Virus record (IMG/VR): IMGVR_UViG_3300031087_000004
Length of the DNA: 44,346 bases
Direction: 5' to 3' (one strand)
From: a virus
Shown: piece after piece, positions 15,669 to 22,608 of the stretch
Numbering within the stretch: position 1 is the stretch's first letter
Layout: the number at the start of each line of letters is the position of its first letter
The notes under the pieces: generated by a model
The model's input: only the letters and a program-made list of their open reading frames with translations
Database searches by the model: none
What the model was told of the DNA's origin: nothing
Made by a program: the position numbers and the translations under genes

Positions 15669-17384
15669 GTGGAATTAAAAACATTTGTGGCGCAGGACAG
15701 CACGGGATCAGTTATCCCGGGCGCTACGGCGACGTTATACGTTACGGGTACCGACCAGAAGGTGGAAGGGCTGACCGACCAGAACGATCAGCCGATCGAC
15801 AACCCGATGGTTACTGACGCCAACGGCGTGATTAAATTTAAAGCGCCAAACGGGATTTACGACCTGCAGTTTAATCTGGGGCCGTTGCCTGGCCCGCGCT
15901 ATACGTTCCAGTGTCTGGATCTGGTGGCGCAGATTGCTGCCGTGGACTATAAGGTGGCAACCGCAAGCGGGCTGGTAGACGAAGCCAAATTGATTATGGA
16001 TCGCGATATTTACGCCAGCGTCAACGCAGCACTGGCAGACCCGAACCTGCCGAATGGCGCTTATTTCCGCATCGTCGGGAATAACACCAGCGGCGCATTT
16101 CTTTACTACCGGAAAAACAGTGCATCCAGCAGCACTTCGCTGGTGGCGATCCCTACCGCGTCGCAGGTCAACGTTCTTAACAGCACGCTGGCTAACGCGG
16201 TAAATCTCGCCATGTTTAACGCGGTGATTAAGCAGGTGGATCCGATTTTCGGCGACAAAGATATTTTGTATGCGGTGCGTGATTCTGCCGGTTATCAGAC
16301 GTGGTTAGGCGTGAGCGCCGTAGACGGCGGCCCGTCTGCCTATGCGGAAAAGATGCTGCGTGATCGTTTCGGCATCCAGCAGCAAAAAAACTTTCTGGCG
16401 GCTGGCGAGGAAATTAGCTGGGCGGTGACGGATAAGAACGGCAACTTAACCGATCTGGCTATCCGCGCTATCGACGGCCAGCTGGCCCAGTACGCCGTAA
16501 ACCGTATTGGCGATCGAATCGCTGGCGGCATAAAGCAGGACGTGGCAAAGCAAATCGACCCGATGAAGATCCCACGCGACGCGCCAGGATTTCAGGTGCT
16601 GGCATCAATGAGTCGCTGGGCGGCGCAGCGTGGACGTGGCGAGAGCATTACCAGCCCGATCAACTTCACCACCCCGATCAACAATCAGAACGCGCGCCTT
16701 ACGTTTGCCAATACGCCATACAGCAACGACGGCCCCATGCTGATGATTATCTATTTTGGCGGCGTGGGCAGCGGGCCAACACTGACGCCGCCACCAGAAT
16801 ACGCCAGCCTGGCGAATGATGGCATTATCTGGGCACGCTGCAACTTTGAGGGCGACCACTACGGATCCCCAAAATGCATGGAGGACGTAGCGAACGTTTA
16901 CACCCAGGCCTGCAAGCTGGCCCCGATTGGTGGCGTGCTGCTGCTGGGCAACAGCATGGGCGGCATGGGCGCGCTGAATGCGCTGTTAACCGGCGTCGTA
17001 CCGGGCGTGCTGGGGCTTTACCTTACCGATCCTGTGTGCAACCTTTTCGACCGCTACAACAGCAGCCGCCAGGGTTTAATCCAGACCGCTTACGGCATCG
17101 CCTCCAACGGCAGCGACTACAGCACGAAAACGGCAGGTTACGACCCGGTGCTGCGCCACTGGACGGATTTTCGCGGCGCGCCGGTATATTGCATTGCGTC
17201 AACAGGCGACGACCTTGTGCCGATGGCGACCAACGCCCAGCTGCTTTACGACACGTTTAGCCAGCATGTAGACATGCAACTGGAAGTACACACCACTGCA
17301 GGGCATAACACTGCAGACCGTTTCGACCCGATCAAGCTGCGCGACTTTATCCGCAAAGTTTGTTACGGCACCATTTTGAAATAA
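15669..17384 (+). CDS. Tail fibre/spike-associated protein with a C-terminal alpha/beta-hydrolase (esterase-like) domain
   Basis: GTG start after aagggg. The C-terminal ~230 aa carry a nucleophile elbow GNSMGG (16947-16964), an Asp in STGDDLVP and a His in TTAGHNT. Lies between gpI and the gpH-like fibre. Confidence 0.7.
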   Translation: MELKTFVAQDSTGSVIPGATATLYVTGTDQKVEGLTDQNDQPIDNPMVTDANGVIKFKAPNGIYDLQFNLGPLPGPRYTFQCLDLVAQIAAVDYKVATASGLVDEAKLIMDRDIYASVNAALADPNLPNGAYFRIVGNNTSGAFLYYRKNSASSSTSLVAIPTASQVNVLNSTLANAVNLAMFNAVIKQVDPIFGDKDILYAVRDSAGYQTWLGVSAVDGGPSAYAEKMLRDRFGIQQQKNFLAAGEEISWAVTDKNGNLTDLAIRAIDGQLAQYAVNRIGDRIAGGIKQDVAKQIDPMKIPRDAPGFQVLASMSRWAAQRGRGESITSPINFTTPINNQNARLTFANTPYSNDGPMLMIIYFGGVGSGPTLTPPPEYASLANDGIIWARCNFEGDHYGSPKCMEDVANVYTQACKLAPIGGVLLLGNSMGGMGALNALLTGVVPGVLGLYLTDPVCNLFDRYNSSRQGLIQTAYGIASNGSDYSTKTAGYDPVLRHWTDFRGAPVYCIASTGDDLVPMATNAQLLYDTFSQHVDMQLEVHTTAGHNTADRFDPIKLRDFIRKVCYGTILK

Positions 17385-17397
17385 AAGAGGCAAGACG

Positions 17398-18075
17398 ATG
17401 GCAACGATTATTCAGACCGACAGCGCGATCCGTTCCCCACTGGCAAGCACACCAAAGATCGTGGCGATGGGCGACGTTTTTATTTCTGACTCATTCAACC
17501 GCGCAGGCGACCTGCAAGGCAGCAGCACCGACAGCGCGCTGGGTGGCGTGCCAACCGTATGGGGCGGCACCAACGGCAACAACAACAAAACGGTTACGGA
17601 TAACGGCGGGCAGCTGGTGCTGGCATCCACCAGCCTGTTTAGCCAGTGCGTGAATGCTGGCCGGCCAGATGTAAGCGTGAGCTTTAAACTGGTGGCAGAT
17701 ACAGCTGGCCGAGCTGCGGGACAGCAGTCAATGATCGAATTCCGAAAGGCTGCAGCCGATACCGGCGACACCCTGCGCTTAACGCTGGGTAACTACTCAA
17801 ACGCCAGCGGCGTGGCCCAGACCTTTGCGCAGCTGTACAAGCGCGTAGGCGGGGCTGCCACTGCCCTGCTTTCGCAGTTTGTAATTGTTCACGGCAACAC
17901 GATCCGCGTCGATATTAAAGGATCCACGCTGACGATTTACACAAATGATGTGTTGTTGATGACCTATCCAATCACTGATAACAGCCTGCTTACCGGCACT
18001 TTCTTTGGCTTTGCTGGTGCGTCTGGTAACAAGTCATTCACGATCAAAGACTATATGATCCGTTCAATCAACTAA
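17398..18075 (+). CDS. Hypothetical tail-associated protein, possibly a lectin/jelly-roll-like fold
   Basis: 225 aa, beta-rich and Gly/Thr/Ser-rich, located between two fibre genes. The fold assignment is a guess from composition only. Confidence 0.35.
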   Translation: MATIIQTDSAIRSPLASTPKIVAMGDVFISDSFNRAGDLQGSSTDSALGGVPTVWGGTNGNNNKTVTDNGGQLVLASTSLFSQCVNAGRPDVSVSFKLVADTAGRAAGQQSMIEFRKAAADTGDTLRLTLGNYSNASGVAQTFAQLYKRVGGAATALLSQFVIVHGNTIRVDIKGSTLTIYTNDVLLMTYPITDNSLLTGTFFGFAGASGNKSFTIKDYMIRSIN

Positions 18076-18087
18076 GGCGGCAGGGCG

Positions 18088-19764
18088 ATGGCATTTAAAA
18101 CGATCTTTACCCGCCTGGGCGCGCAACTGCTGACCCAGGCCATGAGCAGCGGGCAGGCTATCCGCTTAACGCATATGGCCGTTGGCGACGGCGCAGGCAA
18201 TCCGACCACGCCGACCACCACGCAAACCACGTTAGTGCGTGAGCGGTACCGCTCGACGATTAACCGCATCTATCAGGATCCGGCAGATAACACGAAGTTT
18301 ACTGCCGAAATGATTGTGCCAGCTGCGCAGGGTGGCTGGACGATGCGCGAGATCGGCGTATTCGACAGTAACGGCACCATGATTATGGTGGGCAACCTGG
18401 CGGAGACTTACAAACCGCTGCCGGAAGAAGGCCAGTACGGCGACGTTATTCTGGCCGTCGATTTCTTCCTGACCAGTGACGCGGTGATTAATATCAGCTT
18501 TGATCCTGACACGATCGTGGTGAACCAGACGTGGCTTGTTAATAACTGGACGGCGGCGCAGCTTATCCCGGGCGGCGTCGTCGGGCAGGTGCTGGGCAAA
18601 GAAACGAACGCCGATGGCGATTACAAATGGATCGATCCCAGCGTTGCCAACGTGACGGTGGACACCGTAGCGGAGACGCAGTTACTGAGCGCGACGCAGA
18701 CCACTGTTGATCTGCAGAAAACCACCACCTACGGGCTGGCGGTTTATGTGGCCGGTGATCGCCTGGCGATGGGATCCGGTGCTGACGAATGGCAGCCGGT
18801 GGCGAACAACCCCACGCGGATCACGCTGGGGAAAACCTACGCTGCAAACACCAAAATTCAGCTGGTGAATAACGAGCCTGCAGGCAGCGCACCGGCACCG
18901 CTGGAGCGTGCCAAAAACCTGTCTGACGTCCTGAGCGTAACCACCGCGCAAAATAACCTGCAGGTTTACAGCGGCAGCAAAGTGGAAGCACTGGGCCGCC
19001 AGTGGGCACCACCTGGCGCGGTTATGCCATTCGGACGCAGCAGCGCGCCGGTGGGCTGGCTGAAAGCCAACGGCGCAGCAGTGAGCCGCACGGCTTACCC
19101 TGAATTGTTCGCGGCTATCGGTACCACCTGGGGCGCTGGTGACGGCTTCAACACCTTTAACCTGCCAGACCTGCGCGGCGAGTTTATCCGCGGCTGGGAC
19201 GACGGGCGCGGGCTGGATGCTAACCGTATTAACGGCACCGTGCAGGGATGGGCCGTAGAGTCACACCAGCACACCGGCACCACGGCAGGCGCTGGCAACC
19301 ACCAGCATAGCGGCAGCACTGACGCGCAGGGCAACCACGCACACAGCGTAAGCGGCAGCACTGACGCGCAGGGCCAGCACGGGCATAGCGCATGGACTGA
19401 CGCGCAGGGCAACCACCAGCACGGCGTCGGGATTCGAAACCCGGCCAACTATGGCGGATCGGGTGGTTACTACGGCGTGCGAGGTTTAGGGTTAGGATCG
19501 GGCGCATGGGCGCAGGGTGGCGGCCAGACTGGCAGCGAGTCATGCACCAGTTACGACGGCAACCACGCGCATAACGTTGGTATTGGCGCAGCTGGGAACC
19601 ACGCGCATAATGTGAGCGGCAGCACCAGCGTAGCAGGCAACCACGCCCACAACTTCTGGACAACGTGGAGCGGCGATCACGGTCACAACTTCACCACCAA
19701 CGCAACCGGCAGCAACGAAACGCGCCCGCGCAACATGGCGCTGCTGTACTGCATCAAGTATTAA
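18088..19764 (+). CDS. Tail fibre protein (P2 gpH/Mu gpS-like N-terminus, tail-collar domain, HxH repeat tip)
   Basis: N-terminus: MAFKTIFTRLGAQLLTQA...IRLTHMAVGDGAG. Collar: PPGAVMPFGRSSAPVGWLKANGAAVSRTAYPELFAAIGTTWG..FNLPDLRGEFIRGWDDGRG. Then at least 9 HxH motifs (HQH, HAH, HGH). Confidence 0.88.
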   Translation: MAFKTIFTRLGAQLLTQAMSSGQAIRLTHMAVGDGAGNPTTPTTTQTTLVRERYRSTINRIYQDPADNTKFTAEMIVPAAQGGWTMREIGVFDSNGTMIMVGNLAETYKPLPEEGQYGDVILAVDFFLTSDAVINISFDPDTIVVNQTWLVNNWTAAQLIPGGVVGQVLGKETNADGDYKWIDPSVANVTVDTVAETQLLSATQTTVDLQKTTTYGLAVYVAGDRLAMGSGADEWQPVANNPTRITLGKTYAANTKIQLVNNEPAGSAPAPLERAKNLSDVLSVTTAQNNLQVYSGSKVEALGRQWAPPGAVMPFGRSSAPVGWLKANGAAVSRTAYPELFAAIGTTWGAGDGFNTFNLPDLRGEFIRGWDDGRGLDANRINGTVQGWAVESHQHTGTTAGAGNHQHSGSTDAQGNHAHSVSGSTDAQGQHGHSAWTDAQGNHQHGVGIRNPANYGGSGGYYGVRGLGLGSGAWAQGGGQTGSESCTSYDGNHAHNVGIGAAGNHAHNVSGSTSVAGNHAHNFWTTWSGDHGHNFTTNATGSNETRPRNMALLYCIKY

Positions 19765-19773
19765 GGGGCTATC

Positions 19774-20052
19774 ATGGCAGACGAAAAAAGGGTTTACCTC
19801 TACAACCAGATGGGATTTTTTACCGGCAGCAGCGTGGCTGATCCATCGCCGCTGGAATCAGGTGTTTATATTTACCCGCCGAATTCCACCGACAAAGAGC
19901 CGCCAGAGCTGAAAGAAGGCGAGGCAGCACGATGGAACGGCAGCGACTGGCAGCCCGTCCAGATTCAGATTGACGACGCGCAGGTGGCAAAAAATAAACT
20001 GATTGATTTCCTTTCCAACAATCCAGACGTCGCCGCACTGCTGAATAAATGA
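19774..20052 (+). CDS. Tail fibre assembly chaperone-like protein
   Basis: 92 aa. ...YIYPPNSTDKEPPELKEGEAARWNGSDWQPV resembles Tfa/gpG-type chaperone N-termini. Follows the fibre gene. Confidence 0.6.
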   Translation: MADEKRVYLYNQMGFFTGSSVADPSPLESGVYIYPPNSTDKEPPELKEGEAARWNGSDWQPVQIQIDDAQVAKNKLIDFLSNNPDVAALLNK

Positions 20053-20074
20053 TTTAGTTTGCTGTCGCATTTTG

Positions 20075-20099
20075 GCCCGCCTTGCGCGGGCATTTTTTT
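20075..20099 (+). terminator. Rho-independent terminator after the fibre module
   Basis: gcccgc-cttgc-gcgggc followed by a run of seven T. Confidence 0.8.
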
Positions 20100-20143
20100 A
20101 TGCCATCCCGCACAATGACTTTAAACGGGCAGCGCGGCATTAT
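20100..20143 (+). promoter_or_regulatory. Late-region 20-bp element, copy 4, directly after a terminator and upstream of the sheath gene
   Basis: ATGCCATCCCGCACAATGAC at 20100-20119; ATGACT; 17 nt; CATTAT at 20138-20143. The sheath ATG is at 20185. Confidence 0.55.
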
Positions 20144-20184
20144 TAGCGTGCCTTTTGAGTGCTCAACTACTAAGGATCGAATCA

Positions 20185-21609
20185 ATGGCTACTGAATTTT
20201 TACACGGGCCGGAGGTGCTGGAAATCGACAACGGGATCCGAGTTATCCGTATCGCGTCTTCAAGCGTGATCGGTATCGTCGGAACAGCGCCCGATGCTGA
20301 CGCCCTGGCATTTCCAATTAACACCCCCGTCCTGATCGCTGGCAGCCGTAAAGAAGCGGCACTGCTGGACAGACTGGGTAACGGCGCGGGCACACTGCCC
20401 ACCGCGCTGGATGCAATTTTTGACCAAACCAACGCTGTGGTTATCGTCGTGCGCGTCGAAGCAGCGGAAACGGATACCGGCACCCTGGCTAATATTCTGG
20501 GCGGCGTTAATGCCAATACCGGGAATTACGAAGGCGTGCAGGCGCTGCTGGGCGCTAAGTCTAAACTGGGCTTTGCACCACGCATTCTTTGCGTGCCTGG
20601 CTTCACCCATACCCGCCAGCAGAGTGCGGTTACAGCCGTAACTGTTACTGCTGCGGGTACCGGTTACACCAGCCCACCGGCCGTATCGTTTACCGGTGGC
20701 AATGGTACCGGCGCGCGTGCGCACGCCGAGATCGACGCGCAGGGCCGCTTAAGCAAAATCATCGTGGACGCGCCGGGGAGTGGCTACACTGCCGCGCCTA
20801 CCGTCGTGCTTACCGGTGGCGGCGGATCTGGTGCGGCGGCAACTTCAAGTTTCGGCAGCACGTCCAACCCGGTGGTGGCAGCACTGACCACGATCGCAAA
20901 CAGCTTGCGCGCGATCATCTGGGCAGATGGCCCTAATACCACCGATGCAGACGCTATCGCATACCGCCGCGATTTTGGCAGTAAGCGCGTCATGGTAGTT
21001 GATCCGAAGGTGATCACCGTTGACAGCAACGGCAATAACCAGACTGAGTGGGCCAGCGCCCGCGCTGCTGGCGTCATGGCTGCCACTGATGCGGCAATCG
21101 GCTTCTGGGCTTCACCGTCCAACAAGCTGGTTAACGGCATCATTGGCACCGCACGCCCGATTGATTTCGTGTTGGGCGATACCAGCAGCCGCGCTAACCT
21201 GCTGAACGCCAGCGAAGTTACGACGATCATCAATGAAGACGGGTACCGCCTTTGGGGCAACCGCACCTGCAGCGATGATCCAAAGTGGGCGTTTGTCACT
21301 GCGGTGCGAACTAATGACATTATCGCGGATTCTGTCATGCAGAATCACCTGTGGGCCATCGATCGCAACGTAGACAAAAACTACGTGGACGACGTAGTGG
21401 GCGGCGTGAATGCCTTCCTGCGTGAGCTGAAAAGCACTGGTGCAATCGCAGGCGGTGAATGCTGGTTTGATCTGGAGCTGAACACCAAAGAAAGCCTGGC
21501 CGCTGGTCATGTATTCTTTGATTACGCTTTCAGCCCGTCGCCACTGGCAGAGCGTATTACTTTCCGCGCTCATATGACCAATGACTACATCGCGGAGATC
21601 TTTAAATAA
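20185..21609 (+). CDS. Tail sheath protein
   Basis: ATG 20185 after aagga (the track ORF starts at an upstream TTG). MATEFLHGPEVLEIDNGIRVIRIASSSVIGIVGTAPDAD is a typical sheath N-terminus. 474 aa and followed by the tube gene. Confidence 0.9.
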   Translation: MATEFLHGPEVLEIDNGIRVIRIASSSVIGIVGTAPDADALAFPINTPVLIAGSRKEAALLDRLGNGAGTLPTALDAIFDQTNAVVIVVRVEAAETDTGTLANILGGVNANTGNYEGVQALLGAKSKLGFAPRILCVPGFTHTRQQSAVTAVTVTAAGTGYTSPPAVSFTGGNGTGARAHAEIDAQGRLSKIIVDAPGSGYTAAPTVVLTGGGGSGAAATSSFGSTSNPVVAALTTIANSLRAIIWADGPNTTDADAIAYRRDFGSKRVMVVDPKVITVDSNGNNQTEWASARAAGVMAATDAAIGFWASPSNKLVNGIIGTARPIDFVLGDTSSRANLLNASEVTTIINEDGYRLWGNRTCSDDPKWAFVTAVRTNDIIADSVMQNHLWAIDRNVDKNYVDDVVGGVNAFLRELKSTGAIAGGECWFDLELNTKESLAAGHVFFDYAFSPSPLAERITFRAHMTNDYIAEIFK

Positions 21610-22121
21610 TGGCTACTAAAGACGTATTGATTAACATGGCCTTGTTTATGAACGGCACCAGCTACGTGGGGAACGTTGACAACGTAGACCCGCCGAAGCT
21701 GACCGCAACCACCGAAGAGTTTCGCGGCGGTGGCATGAACGGCCCGATCGAAATCACAACCGGTCACGAAGCCCTGCGCATGGGCGCAGAAGTCATTAAC
21801 TACAGTGAGGAAGTTTTTGCACTGTTTAACCTCGCGGAAGGATCCAGCGTGAGCTTTACCATTCGCGGCGCAATGAAAAGCTGGAATGGCGGCCCAGCCA
21901 AGCCCATTAAATGGGCCTGTCGTGGTAAGGTTATCGAAATCGATCCGCAGAACCTTAAGCCAGGCACGCCACCGCGCGCCAAACTTACCGTGGCGCTGGA
22001 TTATATGCAGATGACCGTGGGCAGCACCGTAGTGCAGGAAATCGACGTGGTGAACATGACCCAGATTATTAACGGCGTTGACGTGCTTTACGACGTCGCC
22101 AGCGCCCTGGGCATTCGCTAA
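21609..22121 (+). CDS. Tail tube protein (P2 FII-like)
   Basis: 170 aa, TAATG overlap with the sheath gene. ...INMALFMNGTSYVGNVDNVDPPKL...EEFRGGGMNGPIEI. Confidence 0.88.
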   Translation: MATKDVLINMALFMNGTSYVGNVDNVDPPKLTATTEEFRGGGMNGPIEITTGHEALRMGAEVINYSEEVFALFNLAEGSSVSFTIRGAMKSWNGGPAKPIKWACRGKVIEIDPQNLKPGTPPRAKLTVALDYMQMTVGSTVVQEIDVVNMTQIINGVDVLYDVASALGIR

Positions 22122-22136
22122 GCAGTAAAACCTTAA

Positions 22137-22160
22137 CCGGCCTTTCGGGGCCGGATATTT
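22137..22160 (+). terminator. Stem-loop / weak terminator after the tube gene
   Basis: ccggcc-tttcgg-ggccgg followed by atattt. Confidence 0.4.
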
Positions 22161-22183
22161 CATCTAATGCGAGAGTTAAAATT

Positions 22184-22477
22184 ATGTCTGACAAAAACCC
22201 AGCAGCAAAATTTGTTAAAGAAACCGCCGAAGGCGTAACCATTACCCTGCAGAAAGGCTATCTGCCAGCCGGTACCGATGTTCGTGTTACCGAAGTGGAT
22301 ATGCGCGAACCGATGGTGAAAGACCAGATGATCGCGCGTAAGCAGGCCGCAGACGACGCGGAAATGGAAACCGCACTGTTGTGCAGCCTGACGGGATTGC
22401 TGCCTACTGAGCTGGAATCTCTTACCGCTCGCGATTATGCGCGCATCCAGGCTGGCTACAATTTTTTTATGGACTAA
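22184..22477 (+). CDS. Tail assembly chaperone (P2 gpE-like), zero-frame product
   Basis: 97 aa, lying between the tube and tape measure genes. Ends just after a T7 slippery run. Confidence 0.8.
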   Translation: MSDKNPAAKFVKETAEGVTITLQKGYLPAGTDVRVTEVDMREPMVKDQMIARKQAADDAEMETALLCSLTGLLPTELESLTARDYARIQAGYNFFMD

Positions 22478-22608
22478 CCCCGGAATGGATAAGGGCCAGC
22501 ATGCTGGCCCTTGCCAGTCATACCGGCTGGCAGCTGTCTGAACTTAAAAGCCTGCCGGTATCGGAATTCGTTTTTTATATTGAAGGCTTAAAGACAGATG
22601 GCAAATAA
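22184..22608 (+). CDS. Tail assembly chaperone, -1 frameshift product (gpE+E'-like)
   Basis: Slippery T TTT TTT at 22462-22468. The -1 frame stays open for 46 further codons (YGLTPEWIRASMLALASHTGWQLSELKSLPVSEFVFYIEGLKTDGK) to TAA 22606-22608, overlapping the tape measure start. Confidence 0.7.

Noticed and set aside
19425-19446. T-loop-like cgggattcgaaacccg inside the tail fibre gene
   Set aside because: It is an isolated 4-bp stem within a clearly coding region (GVGIRNPANY). No acceptor or anticodon arms are present, so it is not a tRNA.
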